From positions 2,356,001 to 2,420,000 of the forward strand of contig CM035351.1 of assembly GCA_020137815.1 (NCBI GenBank): 64,000 nt of DNA, in the 5' to 3' direction. The stretch comes from Hormiphora californensis. Its lineage: Eukaryota; Animalia; Ctenophora. The position numbers were made by a program, and so were the translations under genes. Below are positions 1 to 19,951 of this stretch, one piece after another (the stretch's first letter is position 1; every line of letters begins with the position of its first letter). The notes below the pieces were generated by a model, which had not been told where the DNA came from, ran no database searches, and saw only the letters and a program-made list of their open reading frames with translations.

Positions 1-11
1 AATGTAAATAA

Positions 12-973
12 AAGACAGTTGGGTGATCGGATAACTGTTTATTAGCCTCATGTTTGATATTCAGAGTTTTTGTTATTCTCTCTGTGGCTGGACAAATGAA
101 TCAGACGGGTATAATGACGCTACCAGTTTCGAGGATCTACCTCTTCATCGGGCTACAAAAATAAATAGTGTTAATTATAAAATATATATAGTAAAAACTA
201 AAATCACACACGTCAATCAAAATTATAAATCAGCACTTTAATAATAAACTAAACACTGTACAGAGGAGCAAGTCTCATATGATCAGTACAGAGTGAACTG
301 AAGTTACCGTTACAATACAGCAGGTGAGATGAAGTGATAAACAAATAGGGCGTGCATGAGGTGATACACAAGGACTATCACAAATTAATACAAACTATTA
401 CGCACACAAACACACGAACCCACTGGACAACAACAACAACAGCAACTAAATATTAAATTAAATATCTCGTAAGTTCGGAACATTCCTCTTTATTGTTCAT
501 ACCAGGTCTCAGAAACTGAGACCTGGTATGAACAATAAAGAGGAATGTTCCGAACTTACGAGATATTTAATTTAATATTTAGTTGCTGTTGTTGTTGTTG
601 TCCAGTGGGTTCGTGTGTTTGTGTGCGTAATAGTTTGTATTAATTTGTGATAGTCCTTGTGTATCACCTCATGCACGCCCTATTTGTTTATCACTTCATC
701 TCACCTGCTGTATTGTAACGGTAACTTCAGTTCACTCTGTACTGATCATATGAGACTTGCTCCTCTGTACAGTGTTTAGTTTATTATTAAAGTGCTGATT
801 TATAATTTTGATTGACGTGTGTGATTTTAGTTTTTACTATATATATTTTATAATTAACACTATTTATTTTTGTAGCCCGATGAAGAGGTAGATCCTCGAA
901 ACTGGTAGCGTCATTATACCCGTCTGATTCATTTGTCCAGCCACAGAGAGAATAACAAAAACTCTGAATATTA
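12..973. mobile_element. Penelope-like element (PLE) remnant: inverted pair of pseudo-LTRs forming a ~456-bp-arm palindrome in a serpin intron
   Basis: Arms 57-512 and 516-971 are reverse complements around an AAA spacer. From 513 the + strand reads KLRPGMNNKEECSELTRYLI*, resembling a GIY-YIG C-terminus. Each arm carries a minimal hammerhead motif. The direct repeat aatgtaaataa at 1-11 and 974-984 is a candidate TSD. Confidence 0.75.
873..912 (+). ncRNA. Minimal type I hammerhead ribozyme motif (PLE-type); mirror copy at ~116-155 on the - strand
   Basis: gc-CCGAUGA-A-GAGG(uagau)CCUC-GAAA-CUGG-UA-gc: core with a U4C variant, 4-bp stem II, GAAA, near-palindromic minimal stem III and a GUA site. 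Stem I is weak. Confidence 0.6.
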
Positions 974-1065
974 AATGTAAATAACTTTTATTCTGTTACT
1001 TTAAACTCTGTGTCGCTGTCCTATATCACTCTGCATGTATGTGATCCCCCTCTCTCTCTCTGCAG

Positions 1066-1295
1066 GAGATTCTAATGATCTATATGTATCGGATGCAGTA
1101 CACAAAGCAGCCCTCTCTGTCGACGAGAAGGGGACTGAGGCGGCCGCTGCTACGGGCATGATAATGATGACTCGGTGTGCCATGATCCCATCCCAGCCAC
1201 CAGTCAAGTTTCATGTGGACCAACCGTTTAGTTTTGTTATTGCCCGAGCGGGGAAGATCTTGTTCTCTGGACGGGTTGAGGAGCCATCCTGTTAA
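1066..1295 (+). CDS. Serpin terminal exon A (RCL ...GTEAAAATGMIMMTR/CAMIP, P1 Arg); upstream exons lie before the window
   Basis: Acceptor tctctctgcag|1066 (phase 1); hinge EKGTEAAAAT; serpin signature FHVDQPFSFVI...ILFSGRVEEP. Confidence 0.92.
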
Positions 1296-1517
1296 AGGTG
1301 TGCAGAGGGGGCTGTGTGTGTATCCGATATATCTCTCTGATTAACTTGTACTTATTGGTAGCACGCTAACCCCTACCAGCCAACTTTGGTTGGGACGGGA
1401 GTGCGTGCGGTTACACATAACCAGCAAGGAGCAGATAGCGTGCTACCAACTATCACTATTGTAACCACTAGCCCACTTCCTAAATTGTAACCACTAACCC
1501 ACTTCCCTTCCTATCAG

Positions 1518-1770
1518 GTGATGGTGGGTTTGTTTATCTCCGATGCCATACACAAGACTGCCCTGATTGTGGACGAATCAGGGAACAGAAGCAGCGGCTG
1601 CTACAGCCATGATGGCCACTTTCTGTATGGCATTTGAACCTGAGGAACCGGTTGAGTTTTTAGTGGACCAGCCCTTTATGTTAGCTGTTGTGAGGGTGTT
1701 CACCCCTGATAGCAGAAAGTGGAGGATTAACCCCCTGTTTATTGGACGTTGTGTTGCCCCTGAGTGTTGA
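1518..1770 (+). CDS. Serpin terminal exon B (RCL ...GTEAAAATAMMATFC/MAFEP), alternative to exon A; two apparent +1 homopolymer indels
   Basis: Acceptor ccttcctatcag|1518, same phase as exon A. Reads LFISDAIHKTALIVDESG, then GTEAAAATAMMATFCM...FLVDQPF...PLFIGRCVAP after removing one extra t (~1530) and one extra g (~1582). Confidence 0.85.
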
Positions 1771-3282
1771 GAGGTTTATTGTATAATCTTAGATGGTAAT
1801 TGTTAGGTTTTTACATTCATTTATCGATGTTTATAATCACTGATTTTTCGCGTGAAATTGTTATGTATGCTATTGTAGATTTGATTTTCATTTTTCGTTT
1901 GATTAGATCAAGTTGTTTTACGCTTATCTAAAACCCGTGGAAACAGCACTCTGGAAATCCGATTCCGTTTCTGGGCAAGTTGAAATTCATCTGCGAATTG
2001 CTGCCACGAGTTTTCATCAAAAGGGTCTACCGAGGAGGGCCGTTTGGAGGGTTCTCGGCGCGGACAGGCCTAAACCACGCGCGCGTCGCCAGTCTGATTT
2101 ATAATTTGAATTGGCGCTGACAAGGGTCATAATGCAGTTTGGCGCTGGAAAGGGCCTGACAACTATAACAGCGGCTTAGCACCGACAGTTGACAGTGTTT
2201 TTGTGAACGAGAATTCTCACCTAAACTGTCTAAAAGAACATGTGTGCTATAAAATCAGGAATAGGGAAAACTGGGGGAAACCTGGTCCAAGCCCCTCTCT
2301 AGTGAGTTTGGTTTTGAAATCAAACTTGGTGTTTCTAGAGTATTTATCCCCGGTTTCTTTCAGAGAAGTTCACAATATATACCCTGCATTGTAACTGGTC
2401 ACTGCACAAATCTCTACACCACCAGCTAATTAAGAGAAGAAGGAAGGATTTCTTTCTCTAAAATCTCTCTGCTGTTGTGCTGTGTAATCTCCGTGTCGTC
2501 TGAGTCCCAAAAGATGATGGAGGGCAAAGTTTATAGGTCCTGGTGAGTCAGTGGGGAGGGTGAGTGGATCAAGTTTCAGAAACATCCTTCTCATAATCAA
2601 ATCCCAACTCAATGAACCCCATTTTATCATGTGTGTGTGTGTTGGGTTGCCTTGTTCGACCCTCCCTCCCCGCGCCCCGGTTTTGAACAAAACAAGTGTT
2701 GGGCCAACTGCCAAGGCCAAGGACTCCATTCCAAGCTCTATACTACTAGTAGAAGTACTACTAGTACTAGTATTAGTAACATCCTTGACGCGAAAAAAGA
2801 GGGCGCGACGTGCCCAAGTAACCTCTTTGTTAGCTCCTGTGCTACTTTCATAGGCCACATATAAACGAAGTAGGAAACTAAATGACTAATAGTTTAGTCG
2901 GGTAGTCCCTTTGTCGACACTCACAATATTCACTTCCTAACATATCATTCATTAACCTGTACGGTTGTTTGCCCGTTGTGTCCTTTTGTGTGGCTTGCAA
3001 CAGCTCCCTTTCCCAAAATCTTGCTGCCCGCATTGCTATAAGTAGGCATGACACCCCTCACCCCGTTTTTAGGCGTGACACCCCCTCACCCCGTTTTTAG
3101 GCGTGACTCCCTCCCCCTGTTGCCAGGAGTGACCACTGAACCCCCCCCCCCCCCCCGTTGCTAGGCGTGACACCCCCCATTACTAGGCGTGACCCCCATC
3201 CGGCATCGCAATCCCCCCGTTGCTACTTGCTAGGCTTGACCCCCATCCCCCTCCCCCCATTGCTAGGCGTGACGCGGACCAC

Positions 3283-5093
3283 ATGCATCGTTCAGAAGAG
3301 ACCAGTCCCCTTCTTGGGACATCTGAGGAAAGAAGACAACAGGAATCTGGAGGATCTCGATTCTTTAATTCCCCGGCATTCGGTCTTATCCTTATCTCAA
3401 TATCAGGTGAGATCCCTTCCAATACACTTCCACTTGGGCCCATTCCCAAAGTATTTCCCCAAGAACATACTTGGTAAATGATCCATGACACTCTATACAG
3501 CGGTATCGTATGGTGTCAGTGCTAGCCTGGTATCAATGGAAAGTGATATAGCAACACCCCTAGTGGTGTCATCCAGATTCCTTGGCACCTTCCTGTTCAA
3601 TGTATTGGGTGAGTGGTAGTGAAACAGACAATGGAATGATCCGAAACAATCGAGATGAATCACTATTTTCCTATGCCCGAACCCCCCCCCCCCCCCCAAC
3701 CTACCAACTCCTAATAGGTTGTATAATTGGCCGGGTTGATCTAAGAGTGGCAAGGAAGGACTGGAAGCTGGTTGCAGTCAGAACAGTGACAGGATTCTGT
3801 TCATTTGTCTGTGGTAAGTTACACATCACTTGAGTATGAATCTGCTCAAACAAATCATCTTGATCCCACATTAATATGACCCGATCCTCCAGACCTTGTT
3901 TAATTAACTTTAATTTGCCATGGCTACCTATAACTAATTACCCTAATTACTAGTTAATTAACATCAACAATTACAGGAACGTATGCCTTCCAGAATATGC
4001 CAGTGGGGGAGGCAACTGTGATAATTTCAATGGCACCTGTCTTTGTCGCACTCTTCTCTATGTGCCTTTTGGGCGTCCGGGCCAAGTAAGACAACTAATG
4101 ACAACTTTGAGCTATATCTAGAAGAGCAACTAACAACTTAATGTGTTGCCAGGTGCTACAAGGTGCTAGTAGGAGGTGTTAGTTACACAAGGTGTTACAT
4201 CATACATGACACCTCTGCAGGTGCTACCAGGTGATCTTGATTGTTCTGAGTCTGGGTGGAGTGGTACTGATTGTAGATCCTGATTCCCTTGCTAAAAATG
4301 ATGGAACCCTCCCAAAACTTAACCTGATCGCTGCCACAGCTGCCATGAGTAAGTTGTAACATTTTTGTAACATTTTTAACGTGTGCAAAACATGTTTGTG
4401 CATGTTACATGTCTCAAAATGTTACGTGTCACCCCCCCCCCCTTCTGGAAAATATTGCATTGATTCTCTTTACTTCCATTTCTATAAACAATAAAAACCC
4501 AACAACCTCACGGGAAATTATTTCTCTCAAGGTCAGGCACTGTTCAAAAGTTTATCCTACATTTTTATAAAGAAGAGCAACAAGAGGGTTCACTTTATGG
4601 CCATGGTATTTTGGTACTCTCTGGTTGCATCTATCTTCACTATCACCTTTATTCTCATCATGTACTTCTCTCTGAAGACCGCAGGTACGTGCAGACTTTT
4701 ATAATTGATACCATGTGCCCATTTTCTTTCATATAACATGCTCCAAGTCCACACTAGACTATATACAGTATTGGTCATCTCTAAGTCGATCTAAACAACG
4801 TTATCATCTCAGGGAAGAGCACGGCCTGGGTTGTGAACGAGGTAGATAGAACTGACATCCTAATTCTCTCCTCCATCTCCCTTCTCGGTTTCATCTCTCA
4901 GTTCACCCTGACAAAGTCAACCCAACTGATTAACACCACCACGGTGTCCCTGATAAGAAATGCGGATATCCTCGTTACTATGGCATTCCAAGTGTTTTAC
5001 TTCCATGTTATCCCTTGTTGGCTGCAGATAACCGGTATGGTTATCATGGTGCTCTCTACTGTTGTTCTCCTGCTTACCAAGGACAGGCAGTGA
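3283..5093 (+). CDS. EamA/DMT transporter, SLC35G1-like (~7 exons)
   Basis: Exons at about 3283-3406, 3501-3608, 3718-3812, 3977-4085, 4221-4348, 4532-4684 and 4813-5093. Hydrophobic segments GTYAFQNMPVGEATVIISMAPVFVALFS and LLGFISQFTLTKS...VSLIRNADI. Confidence 0.8.
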
Positions 5094-5694
5094 GGAATAA
5101 TATATTGTCTGTGAGTATCACTGTCAGGCCAATGCTCTGACAGGAGGAGCCCGAGCTGGGACAATGTCAGATCTTAGATCCTATAAAGACAAGTTCCAAT
5201 GCAGAAATTGGGCTCAAAGACAGACGAGAATACTGCGAAAGCACGATACGAGTCATGATCAATGATGATACTGACCTATTTTTGTTGAAAACCATGAACA
5301 TTATATAATGTGAATTTATTTAACCACCAAAGATATTAATTCCATTTAAAACCAATTATCCCCCTTTGAGAGAAATCAAAACTATCATATCCTCACGAAT
5401 AAATTAAATTCGGCAACCGTATAACGATTACAACACGTAAAACATATCAGCTCAATTAAAAGATTCAACCACTCACCACCTTTAAACGATGGTATACAGA
5501 CTACAGAGACAGAGTAGAGAAAGATATTACCAAATAAGGTTCCTCTCTACAGGCCCGGCAACATATGATATGGAGCGAAAACCACACCAGATAAACGAAG
5601 AAACAAACAGTCCGGCTGCCTCTAAAAAATTCCCAAAATATAATCAACCTGTGTAGGGTATAACTCAGTCCCATTGCGACGGGGCAGGGGGTAG

Positions 5695-7942
5695 TCAGCC
5701 CCTCATTCCAGGTTCAGTACCCATAAACTTGCAGATAATACTCAACATGACCTCGTCCGCTCCTCCCCCGATACTCATTAGTCTGAGGTCCCGGTACAAC
5801 CTGCTCACAATCACGTCATCCGTGTACCCCATACCTGTGAAGGAGATGGTGGGGTGAGGGGAGAGATGTGGTGAGGGGAGAGGAGGGTTGGTGATTGAGG
5901 AGGAGTAGCTGGAGGGTAAATCACATTGGCATACTAGAAATTGAAATGTTGAAGCTGAAAGAAATAAAATTGAAGAAATTTAAATCTTATCGACACGTAC
6001 CTCCCCAAAACTGAAGGCACCCGTCCGTGATTTGTCGTGCAAGTCGTGCAGTTTTTAGTTTCAACATGGTTGCTATGGCAGTGATATCCTCTCCAGCCAG
6101 ATAGTCATCGATACACTTGTAATACAGGGCTCTGGTACACTCCAACTGATAGGAGGAAGGTTTGTTGAGTAAATGTTGAGTAAGGGGTGGGCGGGGTGGG
6201 GTGTACTTAAAAAAGGAGAGTCTGATATGTTGCTCATTGCTCATCCTTCTCTCATGAGTTTCAGTAAGGCGAGACCTCACACGTGTGTTCTTCGATAATG
6301 AATAACGGCACAAAATAAAAACTTCTTTACAACTCTTGTACCTCCGTTTGAAGCTCGGCAAGTTTGTAGTGAACATATTGGTTATCCAGGATGGATTTAC
6401 CAAAAGCCTGTCTCTGGGAGGTATATTCTATCGTGGATTCCATGCAGATATCCATGGCTGCTATCGTACCCGCTCCAATATATCTGAAGGAGCATTATTA
6501 TGGTGACTTACAGTTGTCATGGTGATTTTACAGAATTAACTTGCTGTACAAATTATCACATACCTAGTCCTACCATCTCGTAATTAGTTCGACGTAACGT
6601 GGATTGCGTTGGGAAAATAACGTGAAAACAACAAGAATTCGATTCTAACTCACATTCGTTCGTTTTGGAACTGCTGCATTTGGTAGGTGAAACCCTTTCC
6701 TTCCTCTCCAATTAGATGGTTGGCTGGTATCCTAGCATCTTCAAATGTTGTCTCAGTTGTATCAGACGCATGCATCCCCATCTTCTCTATCTTCCTGTGG
6801 TCAAGAATGTTCTTTATCGAATTGGTAGTGTGTCGACTGTCGCCATGAAACAATGTCGTCGGTGTTCGAAATCAATCTCGAACCCCGAAGATTGTTTGCC
6901 GTCCACACACTTGATCCCTACCTACACCCCCTTCTTTACCCTTTGCCCTTTACCCCCATCTCTTACCTGTGAACATTGACGCCAGGAGTATCCATGGGCA
7001 GTACAAACAGTGACTTGTTCTTGTGCACTGGACCCTCAGACGAGTTAGCCAGAACACACATCCAATCAGATTGGGCTCCATTAGTTGTCCACATTTTACC
7101 CCCATTAATCACCCACTCATCCCCATCCCTTCGGGCTGTTGTCTTCAGAGCTGCCACATCGCTACCACCTCCTACCTCACTGATACCCAGACACGCTACA
7201 ATGTCCCCTGATATAGTGGGTTTCAAGTACCGTTCCTTTAGTTCATCGTTACCGTACTTGACGAGGGCAGGGGTGGCAATGTCACATTGGATTCCAATAC
7301 CCATACCGACACCACCTGAGGTTATCCGGGCATATGCCTCGGCTGCTACCGCCTCGTAGCTAATGTCTAGGCCCATGCCACCGTATTCAACAGGTTTTGA
7401 GATTCCCAAGTAACCAGCATCACCTAGACAACGGGGGGTGGGGGGATTTAGTTGAAGGGATACAATTTGGTATTGTAGTTTTGGGCGGAGCGGGGAAACA
7501 CGACACTAAAACTACTAACTCCCTGACTGTCTGGTCCCTGAAACCTTACTCAGAAAGGGATGATGGTACAAACCGAGCACTAACCAAGAATTTTGAAGAC
7601 CTCCTTAGCAGGAAATATCCTATCTTTCTCCCACTGATCACACTTCGGGTTTATCTCCTTGTCTATTAACTTTATCAGGTTCTCTCTGAAGAAATACAGG
7701 GCATAAAATACAGATATCAAGCAAGTAAATTCATGACACAAAGAGAATGAAGACTAAACAGGGTGTTAGAATCATTAATTGAGGGTACAATATGGGTGAT
7801 TACAAGAAAATAAATTGAGTAGTACCACTTACTTTAGAGCCTCGTGTTCAGGGGTCATAACAAATCCTCTAGAGCATGACACAGTACCGACCCTAGCAGG
7901 GCTGAGTCGGTGGAGAATATTCCGGGAGAGAAGGGAGACCAT
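5695..7942 (-). CDS. Mitochondrial acyl-CoA dehydrogenase (multi-exon)
   Basis: Presequence-like MVSLLSRNILHRLSPAR; motifs CLGISEVGGGSDVA, INGGKMWTTNG, KMGMHASDT, CLQFWGGMGY, SRLYRDLRLMSIGGGADEVM; stop at 5695-5697. Confidence 0.92.
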
Positions 7943-8495
7943 GATATTGTGTGCAGCAGAACAGAACTTCTAGTTCCAACTGAGCAGCTGGGAGGGAGAT
8001 AAGAAGGTCATGCGATATATTTACACACGGGGGGAGTGTTTGGTATAACTTGACGTAACGGGGGCAGTTATAGTGATGGAGGGGTGAGAGACCTTAGATC
8101 CACTCTCAGGGAGAGAGAATTTAGTAAAAACACAGCATCTTATGGATGTTATAAATATATCAGAGTGTAAATGAGTTGTCAGAATTAGAGTCAAAACACT
8201 TTTCAACGGAAAGCTGATCGTCAACAAAAACTCTACAATTTGTCTCTCTATCTGAATTTTTATCACCCAGCTCCAGGTCTTTCTGTACAACTATATCTAC
8301 ACGCTAAAACACACACTTTACACACTCTGGGGTCTGATAAAACTATAAAATATGTTTAAGAGATCTGTTCACAAACTATATACATGCACCTATAGAATCG
8401 TGCGCTATAAAACATAAAATCAGGGTAAAATCTGGAATTATTAATGTGTAACACACATGGAGTAACCATGGTTACAGATTTAGTGGTAACCATGG

Positions 8496-15761
<7,266 letters not shown>

Positions 15762-16122
15762 TTTTGTGATCCCGGTGCATTCCCCTGGCTAGATACATGA
15801 GGCGGTTAGAGGTGAGATAGACTGGGGTGTTTCCCTGACTAGATATAGACACATGAGGCGGTTAGAGGTGATATAGGCATGAGATGGTTAGAGCTTAGAT
15901 AGATTTAGGTTAGGGGCTATACTAACTAGGCGGGGGAGAGATATATATTGCTTATTGGAAGATCAGGGAGGGTTGGAGGTTAGGGTTGGGATGTATCAAA
16001 TTGTAGAGAGGTGAATTGGAGCAAAAATAACTCGAGTAGAAAGTATTAATTTTGTCAAACGCAGTAAATTACCTAAGAAACAAATCTAAACAAAATACAC
16101 CCCATTCATTAATTTAATGACA

Positions 16123-18369
16123 TTACATATGAAGCATACCCGCTCTCCGTTTCTTATCTGCCCCTGCTCTCCTGTTATGATTTCCCCTCGAACTTTTATT
16201 TTGTTCATTTCGCCTCCTCTGTATCAAAATGTCCTTATCCGCTTTCTGTCCCTTTTGATCGACCTTGGCCGGTTTAAAGACACCACCAGCCCGTCCCCTT
16301 CCTCCTCCCCTTCCCTGATTCCTACCACTAGGACCCGGACTCTCATTATCCTCACCCTCTTCTTCCTCCTCCACGGGCAGGGGGGTGTTCAGAGGTTTAA
16401 TAACAAACCCAGCATCCTCAACCCCGGTCCCATCCGCTGCTGTCATCACCCCATCATATGTATCATCATACTCGTCATCGTAACCATCGTACTCGTAATT
16501 CAACACAGGGTTCCGTAACACGTAGTCCTTAGAGGCAGCAGCAGATGAGTCGTCACCATTGTTCTGGCGTTTACCAATGTGAATTTTACTGAAATCTAGA
16601 GCGGAGGGGTTGTTGAAGACATCAAACTGATCCCCATCAAACACGTTACGACGTGAATTGAGTAAAGCAGGCTGTGAGGGACCGGGAGGAGGTTGTGATG
16701 AACTACCAGCTGACAACCCTGGAGGCGGACCTGAATTAGATAGACCTGGTGGAGGTGGTCCTGCAGATAGACCAGGGGGTCCAGCACCTGGTAATGATGG
16801 CCACTGTTCGGGGGTCTGTTCCGGTGCAGGATTTGATTTCCGTAAGGCCTCCAAGTGAGGTGGCAGGTTTTCCTCAATCAGTGCTGCAATAACCTCCTCT
16901 GTCGAATTGTGATAGACAGCCAGACATTTCTCAAGGAAGTAAGGGCCATACTGGGGGAAGATACCCTGGATCTCCCTGATCGATTTGTCCACCAGCCGAT
17001 CCCCTCCTCCTCCTCCTCCTGTATCAGCTGTGCTAGGTTGAGATGTCGTGATGTCCACCGGATGTTGAGGCGATGTCGTGGTTGTGGTGTTATAGTGAAC
17101 CTTATCAATATCTCTCACCTCCTTGTCTCCCCCTGACTCAACATCTATAGCGTTAAGAATGTACTCAAAATGATCTGCCCCCACATTAGCACCGCTGTTT
17201 TTGATAAGCGCTATTGTTTTAGCCAGGTTGCACACATGATAGTACCGCGACATGAGATGCGTGTCACCCAACAGTTGTGAAAGGTGAGAGATGTAAAGTT
17301 CGGCTGCCTGTGTCTGCTCCTCCGGCTCACATGTCGGGTCAGATAGACAGTTCAGGTAGCTACTCTCCCATAGCAGCTGATGGATCAGTTTCACACTGGC
17401 CACCTGACCCCTACTGATAACACTCTTGAACGATCGGAGGTCTTGGAATGGGGTGGAGAGACGTTTTAATTTCGTTTTTATGTCTTGAAAGAGGTGGGCG
17501 TATAGAGAAGCAATGGCTGGTATGAGTTCGTGTGCCTGAAGGTATTGGGCTGTGGGAGGGTAGGTCTCAATTAGACACACTAGCGACATACAGGTATCGA
17601 AATAGTAGCATAACAAATCATATAGCCCGATAGTTGTTTGGCAGGAGTCATATTTACTGGTGATATTAGGGACAACTTCCTCTAAAATCTGGCACGCCAC
17701 CATTCTGAGATCCTGGACGTAGTTTGGTTGTTTGGTAAAGATATTCCTGACCATTCGAGTCACCAGGGCCCCATTACCTCCATACGGTTCCCCGTACAAA
17801 CTGCAAATATCCATCAGTTTGGGCACATCAAACATGAAGTTCTCGTAAATTGTAAAACCAAACGAGCTCTCCTCCAAAAAGTCCTCTTTGCTCTCCTTAT
17901 CCGTTGCCATCCTGAGAAGAGCCAGGAAAACCAGCCGGGTGAGTCTGTTATGGAGTCCGGTGAAACTCTCCGGGATTTGCCAGATGTCCCAGCATCGAGG
18001 TGCCTTCTGAAGGAATGTCGAGAGGAAGGTGTGGACTGTCTCGTCGTGTATCATCTGAACCCAGAACTTCTCATGAGACATCCGGAGCACTTGTTCAAGA
18101 TCGAAACACATGATTTGCACTTCCTTCCTCCACTCTGTTAAAATGACACTCCCTGTTGGCTCGTGGATCGGGAAGGGGTTGTATGATAAAAAGTTGATTT
18201 CCGATTTAAACCGTACATCAAGAACCGATATGTACTCTGTTTGGAGACCATCCTCTGTTTTTATGTTCACTTTCCGTTGGTCCAGTGGTATTATGAACTC
18301 CATAGCCCCACTTTTAGTAGCGATCCCCACCTTGTTCTGTCCCATAATGTCAGGTATAACGGTTGCCAT
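16123..18369 (-). CDS. ASCC2: Activating signal cointegrator 1 complex subunit 2 (intronless, CUE domain)
   Basis: 748-aa ORF: FTIYENFMFDVPKLMDICSLYG; CUE IREIQGIFPQYGPYFLEKCL; RRNVFDGDQFDVF; DEYDDTYD; NKSSRGNHNRR..ADKKRRAGM. Confidence 0.95.
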   Translation of the reverse strand: MATVIPDIMGQNKVGIATKSGAMEFIIPLDQRKVNIKTEDGLQTEYISVLDVRFKSEINFLSYNPFPIHEPTGSVILTEWRKEVQIMCFDLEQVLRMSHEKFWVQMIHDETVHTFLSTFLQKAPRCWDIWQIPESFTGLHNRLTRLVFLALLRMATDKESKEDFLEESSFGFTIYENFMFDVPKLMDICSLYGEPYGGNGALVTRMVRNIFTKQPNYVQDLRMVACQILEEVVPNITSKYDSCQTTIGLYDLLCYYFDTCMSLVCLIETYPPTAQYLQAHELIPAIASLYAHLFQDIKTKLKRLSTPFQDLRSFKSVISRGQVASVKLIHQLLWESSYLNCLSDPTCEPEEQTQAAELYISHLSQLLGDTHLMSRYYHVCNLAKTIALIKNSGANVGADHFEYILNAIDVESGGDKEVRDIDKVHYNTTTTTSPQHPVDITTSQPSTADTGGGGGGDRLVDKSIREIQGIFPQYGPYFLEKCLAVYHNSTEEVIAALIEENLPPHLEALRKSNPAPEQTPEQWPSLPGAGPPGLSAGPPPPGLSNSGPPPGLSAGSSSQPPPGPSQPALLNSRRNVFDGDQFDVFNNPSALDFSKIHIGKRQNNGDDSSAAASKDYVLRNPVLNYEYDGYDDEYDDTYDGVMTAADGTGVEDAGFVIKPLNTPLPVEEEEEGEDNESPGPSGRNQGRGGGRGRAGGVFKPAKVDQKGQKADKDILIQRRRNEQNKSSRGNHNRRAGADKKRRAGMLHM

Positions 18370-18692
18370 GACTACAGGGGAGAGAGGAATGGGAGACTAT
18401 TAATTAGGAGTAGGGGATATCACTTTAGGGAAATAACTTTCACACACTCACACACGTAGGAAGGGGAGTGAAATCAATCAATTTTAAATGTTTGGATATA
18501 AACGTGTAATTTTACTGTAGAAACATAATGATAAGATTGCAAATCTTTACAAAACCCAAAATAATGTTCGTGCAGCAAACAATTCCCAAAAAACAGAACA
18601 ACATATTTGATAAAATAATACAAGTGTAACACTGGACTGGAGATGAAACCATGTTCATGATATCCATTCGATGAAGACTCGCCAATTGTTGT

Positions 18693-19951
18693 TTAGTATT
18701 TTTCAATGAATTCCTTTATTTTCATCAGCTCCGCACGAGCTACCTTATTGACATCATAATTTCCCATAAACCCGTGACACTGCTGTCACCACGCTCAAGC
18801 TTGGCAGTCCAGCCCAAAATGCTCCATGTACTGTACCCACCAGACCCCGTGGTCCATGAGCGGGTCAGCTGTGGCAACGGTTACATACGCGGGTGGAACA
18901 TCCCTTCAAATCTCGGGAAGTGGAGGGGCATGAAATAGTAGTTAGCCAGGTCCTTGACCAGTTCGATCTTCTTCAAACTTCCCTCATCCTGCATCATCTC
19001 ATCCTCTTCAACCAGAACATTCTGTGTGACGGCCCAGAACTTGGGCACCCTGTCCATTATATCCCCATTACCCATGATGTTCGATAGCTTGTCCTGGCCA
19101 GTGGCGTAGTATGATCCAAACTTCCGGAAAACAGTGGAATTACCAGGGAAATAACCACCATTTGAGACCATGGTGCCGACATTAGTTTTGTAGCATTGGA
19201 GAACTGGGTATAGCAGAATCTGTCCAGCAGGAAGAGGATGTGTGACAGCAGTCTCGTTATCTAGCGCCATTCCCTTTCTGTCTCTATGCAGCAGGCAAAC
19301 AGCGGCAGTTAGATTACCCCCTGCACTATCACCGGATACAAAGACCTGCTCCTCCGCAACTCCGAGGGAGTCAGCATTAGCATATATCCACTGGAGAGCG
19401 TTGTAACAATCAGTGAGGGCAGCGGGGAAGGGGTGTTCCGGTGCTAGACGATATTCCACACTCACCACAACAACTTCTAGGTAATGAGCCATCCATGAGA
19501 TACTGGCATTGAAACCTTTGGCAGAGAGAAAACAGAAGCCCCCTCCATGGATGTACATTACACATTTCCGGCCCGTTGTTTTCTCAGGCGTGTACACAAG
19601 AACAGACGCGTGTTCGTTTATCTTTTCTTCTTTCATGGTAGTAGTAGGACATGCCCTACCTAGTCGCATAATACCATCCATTACAGCTCGGGGATAGTCC
19701 AGATCGATGCAGAAGAAGTCGCTAAACGTGAAAAGCGCTGACCACAAGTCGAAGAACATTAGGAGGATGATAGATCGTTTAATCAACTTATTGTCCGTCA
19801 TCACTGCAGCGAGATTTTTCATCAAGCTGTAGAGGAAGAGAACACCCACGGCAGTTCCTAAAATGTTCCTCCATCGCATCATGGTGTAGCACATGAACAG
19901 AAGGATGGGAACCCTCTGGAAGAGGAAGGATGCAATGCTCTTCAAATTCAT
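18693..19951 (-). CDS. AADAC/NCEH1-like HSL-family carboxylesterase; C-terminus continues across frameshifts
   Basis: N-terminal hydrophobic anchor, HGGG, YRLAPEHPFP, GDSAGGN. Beyond the called ORF the shifted frames give PPAYVTVATADPLMD (catalytic Asp) and CHGFMGNY...EFIEKY* (catalytic His). Confidence 0.88.

Noticed and set aside
2430-3045. Possible small - strand gene (142-aa ORF and exon-like pieces)
   Set aside because: GTG start, low-complexity TS run, no recognisable domain and no consistent splice model.
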